DNA of 64,000 bases from an uncultured bacterium (GTDB lineage: Bacteria > Patescibacteriota > CPR2 > UBA1875 > CAIMLA01), in contig CAIMLA010000043.1 in NCBI GenBank assembly GCA_903842085.1, positions 1,563 to 65,562 on the forward strand, given 5' to 3'. Positions 32,014-40,173 of the stretch are shown here, one piece after another. The position numbers and the translations under genes were made by a program. How positions within the stretch are numbered: position 1 is the first letter of the stretch; every line of letters starts with the position of its first letter. The notes under the pieces are model-generated. The model saw only the letters and a list, made by a program, of their open reading frames with translations. It was not told the origin of the DNA and ran no database searches.

Positions 32014-32634
32014 ATGAAGAAAATTATTCCTAGTTTGGACTATGAAAGTGAACTTTGGCAAAACGGAGAGAAGATTGTGGCCGGCATCGATGAAGTTGGA
32101 CGTGGAGCTTGGGCAGGTCCAGTTGTTGCTGCGGCCGTTGTTTTTAAACCAGATCACAAACAAATAGATTTAGTCAAAGATTCGAAGATGCTGACACCCA
32201 GTCAAAGAGCCCGGCTAAATGAACAAATTCAAAGTTCATGTAAAAGTTACGGGATCGGCGTCGTTGATAATGTCATGATCGATCAGGTTAATATTGGAAC
32301 CGCCACTAAGCTAGCGATGCAGAAAGCCATCGAAAGTTTAGAAAACTACCCTGATTATATTTTAGTTGATGCGATGGAGTTAGATGGCTACTGCAACTGT
32401 CGATATCAGGCGGTTATCAAAGGTGATCAAATAATTTATTCAATATCATGTGCATCGATTGTGGCAAAAGTGGCTCGAGATAACATGATGTCAAAATTGG
32501 ACAAGAAATATGAACAGTATTTTTTTGACGTTCACAAAGGCTATGGTACCCAGAAACATCAGCAAGCCCTTCAAGAGCATGGCCCTTGCGACTTGCACAG
32601 ATATTCTTATAAGCCAGTCGGTAGAATGATCTAA
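32014..32634 (+). CDS. rnhB: Ribonuclease HII
   Basis: GIDEVGRGAWAGPVVAAAVV is the RNase HII active-site region. Confidence 0.9.
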   Translation: MKKIIPSLDYESELWQNGEKIVAGIDEVGRGAWAGPVVAAAVVFKPDHKQIDLVKDSKMLTPSQRARLNEQIQSSCKSYGIGVVDNVMIDQVNIGTATKLAMQKAIESLENYPDYILVDAMELDGYCNCRYQAVIKGDQIIYSISCASIVAKVARDNMMSKLDKKYEQYFFDVHKGYGTQKHQQALQEHGPCDLHRYSYKPVGRMI

Positions 32635-32730
32635 GGAAAACGATTGGAGGTAAAGGTGAAAGTTCCTAGCCAACGCTTTTAGATTGATAAGGGCCGGAAA
32701 AGACCACGAAGAGCTGGTGCCAACAAAGGC

Positions 32731-32759
32731 TTGACACAAATGATGCGAATGGCTATAAT
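32731..32759 (+). promoter_or_regulatory. Consensus sigma70 promoter (TTGACA-17-TATAAT) for nusA
   Basis: ttgacacaaatgatgcgaatggctataat, a perfect match to both hexamers. Confidence 0.5.
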
Positions 32760-32767
32760 TAAATAGC

Positions 32768-32800
32768 AGTCGGATTTCGTGTCAGAAATACGACTTTTTT
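32768..32800 (+). terminator. Leader hairpin plus T-run between the nusA promoter and RBS (putative attenuator)
   Basis: agtcggatttcgtgtcagaaatacgac followed by ttttttg, about 10 nt after the predicted TSS. Confidence 0.35.
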
Positions 32801-32817
32801 GTTAAAAAGGAGTGAAA

Positions 32818-34530
32818 ATGGATAAACAATTTACGTCAGCAATTGAGCAGATTTGTTCAGAAAAAAACCTATCTAAGGAAACGGTCTTATTAACCATACA
32901 GGACGCTTTAGCCGCTGCTTATAAAAAAGATTATGGGAATAAAAAACAAGAGGTCAGAGTAGAAATTACCGAAGACGGGGCCATTGTGGCGTTTATTAGC
33001 AAAGAGATAGTAGAGGACGTTGAGGACGAGACAATCCAAATTAGCCTTACTGACGCTTATAAATTTAAAAAAGATGCCAAGGCTGGAGACTTTATCGAAA
33101 TCAAAGATATTCCAAACGATTTTGGAAGAATCGCCGCCCAAACCGCAAAACAGGTTATTATTCAGAGAATTCGAGAAGCTGAAAGAGACATGGTTTTTGG
33201 TGAATACAAAGACAAAGAAGGAGAAGTCGTTAATGGCATAGTTCAAAGGATAGAAGGGAGCAATGTCATCATTGATCTAGGCAAGGCGACAGGCATTTTG
33301 TTTCCAAACGAACAAATCAGGGATGAACGCTATTATGTCGGTCAGAGATTAAAATTTTTTATAGTCAGGGTTGAACAAAGTGCCCGAGGCCCACAAATTG
33401 TTATTTCAAGGTCACATCCAGGGTTGGTAAAAAGATTATTTGAGCTTGAAGTCCCAGAGATTCTCTCTGGTGTGGTCGAGCTTAAATCAATTGCTCGCGA
33501 AGCAGGCGAGAGGACCAAGATTGCAGTTACCAGTAACCAAGACGGAGTCGATCCTGTTGGTTCTTGTGTTGGGCAAAGAGGGGTCCGGGTCCAGGCTGTC
33601 ATGTCAGAGATAGGGGAAGAAAAAATTGATATTATTTTGTGGAACGAAGATCCACGAGTTTATATAGCGAATGCTTTATCTCCTGCAAAGGTGAGTGAAA
33701 TAAAAATCGATGAAGTCGAGAAAAAGGCTGAGGTGATGGTCGCCGAAGATCAATTATCGTTAGCGATCGGTCGCAAAGGCCAGAATGTTAGATTGGCCGC
33801 GAAATTAGTTGGCTGGAATGTCGATATCCAAGGCGGAGACGAAGCTGGTGTGGAGGCAACTGCAAAAATGATGCATCCTGTCGAGGACAAAAGAGATCTT
33901 GAAGATGAAATCTTAAAAGCGGTGGAATCGTCAGACGGCTCAAACAGTCCCGCTGGGGCTAAAAAGGGTGCTCTGAAATCTAATCAAAAAGAAATAGTTG
34001 ATACACCAAAGGCCCCCGAGAAAGGGATAACTCTGGACATTCAGTCAGAAACTGAAGTCAAAACCGAGGACAAAACCTTAAAAATGGGGGAATCGTTAGA
34101 AGATACAAACAGTCCAACTGAGGTTGAGGAGACGGCCGCAGCATCTAATCAAAAAGAAACAAGCGTTAAATCAAGGACACCCGAGAAAGAGATGACGCCA
34201 GAGATTCAGCCAGAAGCTGAAACTAAAACCGAGAATAATAACAACATAGACGAAATTGCAGAAATTATTGAAGAAGAAAGCTCTTCAAAAAAACAAGACG
34301 AGGGAGCCAGCTCAGAAAAAAAGGAATTAACTCCAGACGTGATACAGCAAGAGACAGCGGCAGTTATTACCGAGAACGACCCTCAGTCTACCACTAATAA
34401 AATTCATGACTTTCACTCTAGTATCGACGAAGGAACTCCCGCACCAGTTGTAACAGAAAGCATTGCCACTGAGGACAGTGATGACATTGCTGCTATTTTA
34501 GACAAAGAAAAGGGCCAGAAACCCTCCTAA
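32818..34530 (+). CDS. nusA: Transcription termination/antitermination factor NusA with repeat-containing acidic C-terminal tail
   Basis: NusA N-terminal domain, S1 domain and KH1/KH2 (GSCVGQRGVRVQAVMSEIGEEKIDII, AIGRKGQNVRLA). The start was moved to ATG 32818 after an AAGGAG RBS. About 230 C-terminal residues are low-complexity. Confidence 0.9.
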   Translation: MDKQFTSAIEQICSEKNLSKETVLLTIQDALAAAYKKDYGNKKQEVRVEITEDGAIVAFISKEIVEDVEDETIQISLTDAYKFKKDAKAGDFIEIKDIPNDFGRIAAQTAKQVIIQRIREAERDMVFGEYKDKEGEVVNGIVQRIEGSNVIIDLGKATGILFPNEQIRDERYYVGQRLKFFIVRVEQSARGPQIVISRSHPGLVKRLFELEVPEILSGVVELKSIAREAGERTKIAVTSNQDGVDPVGSCVGQRGVRVQAVMSEIGEEKIDIILWNEDPRVYIANALSPAKVSEIKIDEVEKKAEVMVAEDQLSLAIGRKGQNVRLAAKLVGWNVDIQGGDEAGVEATAKMMHPVEDKRDLEDEILKAVESSDGSNSPAGAKKGALKSNQKEIVDTPKAPEKGITLDIQSETEVKTEDKTLKMGESLEDTNSPTEVEETAAASNQKETSVKSRTPEKEMTPEIQPEAETKTENNNNIDEIAEIIEEESSSKKQDEGASSEKKELTPDVIQQETAAVITENDPQSTTNKIHDFHSSIDEGTPAPVVTESIATEDSDDIAAILDKEKGQKPS

Positions 34531-34540
34531 AAAAATAGAG

Positions 34541-37042
34541 GTGAGCAATATGAATAATCAATTTGATCGTTTTAGCGAAAACGCTAAAAAAAGCTTAATC
34601 TATGCACAAGAAATAGCAAGCCAAGGTAGTACTAATATTGATACCGCGATGATACTATTTGGTTTTTTGAGTAATCCAAATAGTACAGCCTGTGAAATTC
34701 TGGTTCACGCTGGTGTTAAAAAAGATAAAGTATTAGAAAATATTGTTCCTGGACAAACCGTCAAAACTACATCAGAACCAAAAAACGGCTTGAGCTATCA
34801 AGCCCAGAAGACTTTGGAGAGTGCTCTTGCCTTCGCTCATCGAAATGGTGATAGCGTCGTTGGCACTGAGCATATTTTATATTCGATCATGAATCAAAAA
34901 AAATCAGAAGGCTTGCAGCTTCTGGAAAAATTAAACGTTCCAATTGAAAAGATAAACCTTCAACTTGATGATTTATTCCAAGAGGTTGATGCCGAGGGAA
35001 CCTTTCCAGGGCTTGACTTAGATGAGATCGGAATGCAGCCAAGGAAAAAAAATAAACAAGAATCAAGCCTCGAGAAGTTTAGCACTAATATAACGAAGCA
35101 AGCTCAAGAAGGGAAACTGGATCCGGTTATCGGTCGAGAAAAAGAAGAGTCACGAATAATCTCAATCTTAAACAGAAGGACCAAGAATAACCCAGTCCTA
35201 ATAGGTGAGCCAGGGGTTGGCAAAACTGCGATTATTGAGGGCTTGGCACAGCGAATTGTGGCCGAACACGTCCCAGAGATGCTTTTGAATAAAAAAGTTC
35301 TAATCTTGGATTTGGCTGGAGTTGTCGCCGGAACAAAATACCGAGGCGAATTTGAAGAACGACTGATGAATATTATTCGCGAAGCCAAGGCCGACAAAAA
35401 TGCGATCCTTTTTATTGACGAATTGCATAATTTAGTCGGTACTGGAGCGGCCGAAGGAGCCATCGACGCGGCAAATATCTTAAAACCCGCTTTATCCAGA
35501 GGGGAAATTCAGGTTATTGGAGCAACGACCTTGGATGAATACCGAAAGTATATAGAAAAAGATGCAGCCCTAGAAAGGCGTTTTCAGCCGATCCTTGTAG
35601 CCGAACCGACGGTTGAAGAGACATTAAAGATATTACAAGGGGTAAGATCAAAATTTGAGGAATATCACAAAGTAAAGATAACTGATGATGCTCTTGAGGA
35701 GGCGGCTCGTTCGTCCAGTCGCTACATCTCTGATCGGTTCTTGCCAGATAAGGCAATTGATTTAATCGACGAGGCAGCGAGCTTGCAGCGAATAAAAAAG
35801 GGGAATCTTTCAAAAAATATTCTCAGAGCTCAAAAGGAAATTAAAACTGTCATTGGCAAAAAGGAAGAAGCGGTAATCAATGAAAACTTTGAATATGCGG
35901 CTGAGTTAAAACAGAAAGAAAGCATTCTAAATACCAAATTAAATAACCTAAGGAAAAGGGAAGGGCTAAATGAAAGTTCCTTACCTGTCATTGATCGTGA
36001 AAACATCGCGGAAGTGATATCTATTTCAACTGGGATACCTGTCACAAGGTTAATTCAGAAAGAGTCAGAAAGCTTATTGAACCTAGAAGCATCTCTTAGG
36101 AAAAATATTATTGGCCAAGACGAAGCCACCCAAGTTGTCGCTAGTGCAATAAGACGATCTCGAACCGGTGTTTCTGACACCAAAAGACCGATCGGATCTT
36201 TTATGTTTTTGGGACCGACTGGAGTTGGTAAAACAGAGCTTGCTAAAGTTCTAGCACGAGAAGTTTTTGGGAATGAAGAGGCTTTGGTCAAAGTTGATAT
36301 GTCCGAATTTATGGAAAAACATAATGTTTCCAGGTTGGTTGGCGCTCCTGCCGGTTATGTCGGCTATGAAGAAAGCGGACAGTTAACAGAAACTATCAGA
36401 CGGAAGCCGTACTGTGTTGTCTTGATGGATGAAATAGAAAAAGCTCATCCTGATGTTTTTAACCTTTTATTACAAATATTAGAAGACGGATACCTCACTG
36501 ATGCTAAAGGTTTGAAAGTTGATTTTCGGAATACGATTATTATTATGACCTCAAATGTAGGCGCTTCGCGGCTAAACAAAGAAGTCAAATTAGGTTTTTC
36601 GGCCAGTGCCAAAAACTTTGAGCATGAACTTGAGGAAGAGCACCAAAAAAACACAGAATTTATTATGGAAGATCTTAAAAAACAATTCAAGCCGGAGTTT
36701 ATTAATCGTCTTGATAAGATCGTTGTTTTTCGGGCCTTGACTCATCTAAATATGAAAAAGATAGTGAATCTGCAGCTGATGGATTTAGCAAAAAGGCTTG
36801 AGAACAAAAAGATATATCTAAAAGTTGCTGAATCGGCTAAGGCACTTTTAGTTATCCGTGGGTATGATCAAGAAAATGGGGCACGACCCTTACGACGAGT
36901 TATTCAGAATTTAATTGAGGATCCATTAGCAAATGGGATCCTTTCAAAGGAATTTGTAAATGGGGATACGATCTCGGTTTTAAAAGAAAAGGATGATCTC
37001 CGTCTATTTGTCCAAGAGACCGCGACAAAACAAAAAAATTAA
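34541..37042 (+). CDS. clpC: ATP-dependent Clp protease ATPase subunit ClpC
   Basis: Clp_N repeats, two AAA+ modules (GEPGVGKTA and GPTGVGKTE), a UVR-like motif between them and a ClpB-D2-small domain. Confidence 0.9.
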   Translation: MSNMNNQFDRFSENAKKSLIYAQEIASQGSTNIDTAMILFGFLSNPNSTACEILVHAGVKKDKVLENIVPGQTVKTTSEPKNGLSYQAQKTLESALAFAHRNGDSVVGTEHILYSIMNQKKSEGLQLLEKLNVPIEKINLQLDDLFQEVDAEGTFPGLDLDEIGMQPRKKNKQESSLEKFSTNITKQAQEGKLDPVIGREKEESRIISILNRRTKNNPVLIGEPGVGKTAIIEGLAQRIVAEHVPEMLLNKKVLILDLAGVVAGTKYRGEFEERLMNIIREAKADKNAILFIDELHNLVGTGAAEGAIDAANILKPALSRGEIQVIGATTLDEYRKYIEKDAALERRFQPILVAEPTVEETLKILQGVRSKFEEYHKVKITDDALEEAARSSSRYISDRFLPDKAIDLIDEAASLQRIKKGNLSKNILRAQKEIKTVIGKKEEAVINENFEYAAELKQKESILNTKLNNLRKREGLNESSLPVIDRENIAEVISISTGIPVTRLIQKESESLLNLEASLRKNIIGQDEATQVVASAIRRSRTGVSDTKRPIGSFMFLGPTGVGKTELAKVLAREVFGNEEALVKVDMSEFMEKHNVSRLVGAPAGYVGYEESGQLTETIRRKPYCVVLMDEIEKAHPDVFNLLLQILEDGYLTDAKGLKVDFRNTIIIMTSNVGASRLNKEVKLGFSASAKNFEHELEEEHQKNTEFIMEDLKKQFKPEFINRLDKIVVFRALTHLNMKKIVNLQLMDLAKRLENKKIYLKVAESAKALLVIRGYDQENGARPLRRVIQNLIEDPLANGILSKEFVNGDTISVLKEKDDLRLFVQETATKQKN

Positions 37043-37087
37043 TCGTAAATGATTAATATGGTATAATAAAATTGTCCGTGGAGGACA

Positions 37088-38023
37088 ATGAATACTTTGT
37101 TTGTCTTTATCGCGATAACTCTCGTAGTTATGGCCATTATCTTTGAACTTATTGAGCGGGTAGCTAAGCTTTCTATGCGCAGTTTTTTTATTGTATTATC
37201 AGCGGCGTTTGTTGGGCTTGTGATGGGAGCCTTATTGACCCTTCCTCTTAGCAAAACACCTGGCTATTTAGGTGAATGGTTACCTCTCGTTTTTACAGTC
37301 TTATTAGTTTTTGGTTTTGTCACTTTTTTTTGGCGGCAGAAGGAGGCAGTCAACAAATGGTTTGATGCCATCAATAAATCTCTGTCAGTCCTAAAAAACG
37401 TTGGCGCTCAAACACACCCGCAAAACAGTGTGGCGGTTGTTGATACTTCAGTTTTAATTGATGGTCGCATCTCTGACATCATTCGGACTGGGTTTTGGTT
37501 CTACAAAATAATAATACCTAGATTTATTTTGGCAGAGTTACAAACAATTGCTGATTCAACTGATTCAGATCGAAGAGCTAAAGGTCGAAGAGGGCTTGAT
37601 ATTATTGGGACCTTACGCAAAAGCAAGGAAGTAAAAGTAGAAATTAGCAATCTCGATTTTCCAGAAATTGGCGAGGTTGATGCAAAACTAGTGGCGATAG
37701 CAAAAAAACAGAATTTATTATTGTTAACGACTGATTTTAACCTAAATAAAGTTGCCAAGGCCGAGGGACTGAAGGTTTTAAATATTAATGAGCTTGCTCA
37801 AGGATTACGGCCAGTAATCTTGCCGGGCGAAGAATTAGAATTAAAGCTCGTTCATTTGGGTAAAGAAAAAAGCCAAGGAGTCGGGTACCTTCCTGACGGC
37901 ACTATGATTGTTGTTGAAAGGGGAGGAAGTCTCATTGATAAAACAGTTAAGGTTAAAATTACCAGAACTCTCCAAACGGCAGCTGGTAAAATGTTTTTTT
38001 CAAAGATAGTCGATGCTAAATAA
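37088..38023 (+). CDS. PIN and TRAM domain protein (YacL-like), membrane-anchored
   Basis: N-terminal TM segments, PIN motif VVDTSVLIDGRI...LLLLTTDFNL and a C-terminal TRAM beta-barrel. It is conserved next to clpC in Firmicutes. Confidence 0.8.
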   Translation: MNTLFVFIAITLVVMAIIFELIERVAKLSMRSFFIVLSAAFVGLVMGALLTLPLSKTPGYLGEWLPLVFTVLLVFGFVTFFWRQKEAVNKWFDAINKSLSVLKNVGAQTHPQNSVAVVDTSVLIDGRISDIIRTGFWFYKIIIPRFILAELQTIADSTDSDRRAKGRRGLDIIGTLRKSKEVKVEISNLDFPEIGEVDAKLVAIAKKQNLLLLTTDFNLNKVAKAEGLKVLNINELAQGLRPVILPGEELELKLVHLGKEKSQGVGYLPDGTMIVVERGGSLIDKTVKVKITRTLQTAAGKMFFSKIVDAK

Positions 38024-38912
38024 TTTACAAAAAAGCGTAACTCTCGCACCCTATACGACTTATAGAATTGGAGGTAACGCTGATTATTTTTTTGTCGCAA
38101 AAACAAAAGAAGCCTTAATCGAGGCTTTGGCGTGGGCGAGCAAGGAGGGGATAGCTTATGTCATAATCGGCGGGGGAAGCAATCTTTTAATCTCAGACGC
38201 AGGTTTCCGTGGCTTAGTTATATTAAATCGATCAAATAAATACTCAATATCTGATGGTCTGGTGATATCAGAGAGTGGGATGATTTTATCAACCCTGGCT
38301 CGAAAAACAGTTGATTTAAGTTTAAGTAATTTGGATTTTGCGATGAATATTCCGGGTACCGTTGGCGGAGCGGTTGTTGGTAATGCGGGAGCTTACGGTA
38401 AAGAAATCTCTAATTCCTTAGATTCAGCCCTGGTTTGGTCTGCCAAAGAAGGACTAAAAAAACATCTGAAGGAGGATTTAGGGTTTGCTTATCGATCGTC
38501 GACCTTAAAAAACAACCATGAATCGGTTTTAATCGAAGCCGAATTTCAAATGCAAAAAGAAGATAAGGAGCTGATGCTTGAAAAAGCTAAAAGCGATTTA
38601 GAAAAAAGAAAACATGACTATCAAGGTTTATCCTGTGGTAGCTATTTCAAAAACCCAATCAATAAAAAAATAAATTTAAACAAAGAAACGATTGATAACC
38701 CCTCAGCTGGATTATTAATTGATAGTTTAGGCTTAAAAGGGCTCTCTGTTGGTGGAGCGAGTGTTAGTAAATATCATGCTAATGTTATCGTCAATAAAAA
38801 CAAAGCAACTGCAAAAGATATTATAAATCTTGAGAAATTAATTATTAAAAAAGTGAAAGAGAGATATGATATCGAGCTACAATCAGAGGTGACAAAAATA
38901 GGTATAGTTTAG
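38013..38912 (+). CDS. murB: UDP-N-acetylenolpyruvoylglucosamine reductase
   Basis: LAPYTTYRIGGNADYFF and FAD-binding GGGSN motifs. It overlaps the upstream gene by 11 nt. Confidence 0.85.
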   Translation: MLNNLQKSVTLAPYTTYRIGGNADYFFVAKTKEALIEALAWASKEGIAYVIIGGGSNLLISDAGFRGLVILNRSNKYSISDGLVISESGMILSTLARKTVDLSLSNLDFAMNIPGTVGGAVVGNAGAYGKEISNSLDSALVWSAKEGLKKHLKEDLGFAYRSSTLKNNHESVLIEAEFQMQKEDKELMLEKAKSDLEKRKHDYQGLSCGSYFKNPINKKINLNKETIDNPSAGLLIDSLGLKGLSVGGASVSKYHANVIVNKNKATAKDIINLEKLIIKKVKERYDIELQSEVTKIGIV

Positions 38913-39026
38913 TAATTTTATTTATCTTGGAAACAAAAAGGGTGCCGATTGGCACTCTCTATTTATTGTTACTAAATATTTTTCATTAGAGTTATGACAA
39001 AGCAAGGTTGGTAAAGTATGTTGGGA

Positions 39027-39059
39027 GGGCGGAGCGCACAGAATGTGTGCACTCCGCCC
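39027..39059. repeat. GC-rich 14-bp inverted repeat (gggcggagcgcaca-gaat-gtgtgcactccgccc) at the edge of the high-GC island
   Basis: 13 of 14 positions pair. It lies about 20 nt beyond the stop of the minus-strand high-GC ORF. No adjacent U-tract. Confidence 0.5.
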
Positions 39060-39078
39060 AATGTGCGCGTTTTAAAGG

Positions 39079-39624
39079 CTAGGCCTTGGCGCGAGCCCGC
39101 TTCTTGGCGTTTTTGGTTTTGCCCCCGGCGGGGGCCGGCTTGGCCCCGCTGGACCCCTTCTCAGGGCCGGCCGTCGATGTGGCGAGCTTCCTCGCCCTCT
39201 GGGCGGCTTTTCGAGCCTCCAGAGTTTGGGGGTCGGCTTTGGCCCGCTGTGGCCGATTCAGGTTCCGGAGAACCCGAACGGCTTCAGCAAGAAAGAGGGG
39301 ATTGAGGTACCTCTCGGCACTCTCGACCCCGTGTTCCCGACAGAGGTAAAATGCTACCTCTGCGAGGAACCGTCTTGTCTGATTGAATTCTCCGTCCAAA
39401 ATCGCGGTTTTCACCGCGGAAAAATGGACGTGGTAAGCTTTCAAAGCCATGACTCGTCTCGACACCGAGTCGATCTTGACTCGGCCCTGGTTGGATATGA
39501 AGACCAACCAGCTTTCGAGGCAGCCCATCAGGGCCTCCTCAGAGTCGATGTTGAGTGCCGTTTCGAACTCCTGGTAACGCTGGGCATTCGGCCCAACGGT
39601 TATGGTGATGACGACGTCCGACAT
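39079..39624 (-). CDS. Hypothetical protein of apparent foreign (high-GC) origin with Lys/Ala/Pro-rich basic C-terminal tail
   Basis: 181-aa ORF with an ATG start and an AAGGAG SD 5 nt upstream. GC3 is about 75 percent by hand count, against an AT-rich host. The C-terminus PEKGSSGAKPAPAGGKTKNAKKRARAKA resembles H1/AlgP-like basic tails. The N-terminal domain is unrecognised. Confidence 0.6.
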   Translation of the reverse strand: MSDVVITITVGPNAQRYQEFETALNIDSEEALMGCLESWLVFISNQGRVKIDSVSRRVMALKAYHVHFSAVKTAILDGEFNQTRRFLAEVAFYLCREHGVESAERYLNPLFLAEAVRVLRNLNRPQRAKADPQTLEARKAAQRARKLATSTAGPEKGSSGAKPAPAGGKTKNAKKRARAKA

Positions 39625-39779
39625 CTCGACTCCTTTTGCGTGGTTTTAAGAACAAAAATATACTTTAAGGCTTTTAGAACACTACTATTTTGCAATAGAG
39701 TGACTTTAGCCTAGGATAACCTTGCTTTGTCAATGAGCTTTGGTACTTCGAAAAAGTTTAACTCTCTCGAACAGCGAAT

Positions 39780-39809
39780 ATAATAGCATAAACAGAGCTA
39801 ATAGTCAAG
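39780..39809 (-). promoter_or_regulatory. Sigma70-like promoter (TTGACT-17-TATTAT) on the minus strand, about 150 nt upstream of the high-GC ORF
   Basis: Minus-strand reading is TTGACTattagctctgtttatgcTATTAT. Confidence 0.35.
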
Positions 39810-40173
39810 TGTTTTGTGGAGACTAATTGAGAAGATATATTGCAGATAAAACAAGAAGCCGCTCGATTGACATATTCGCGAAAACACATCTCACTTGCGG
39901 CTCCAACTATAGTTTAACAACACGCCTAATTTTAGGCAGCTTGTTGTATTCAGCTATAGTCCCTCCTTTGCTAAGCCTTCAAAATACAGACTGAGTCCGT
40001 AGCTCTATTAACGCACTAGATAGCTTCTTTTATTCACTATCTAATTTGTCATAGTCGAGCGCGTAGCTCAAGCCTTGGCATCTGTATCTCTCCAGTTTAA
40101 CCGGGAGGGAGAAAAAATCGTCTTTGTGATTATTTCTCTCTCACGATTAAAGGTAAAATCATTATAACATCTT

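Noticed and set aside
39018-39714. Plus-strand ORFs 39018-39305, 39086-39349 and 39226-39714 inside the high-GC island
   Set aside because: Long open frames in several frames are expected by chance in high-GC DNA. Their translations are compositionally odd, and one runs into AT-rich DNA without start or RBS support. The minus-strand ORF has the GC3 skew, an ATG start and an SD.
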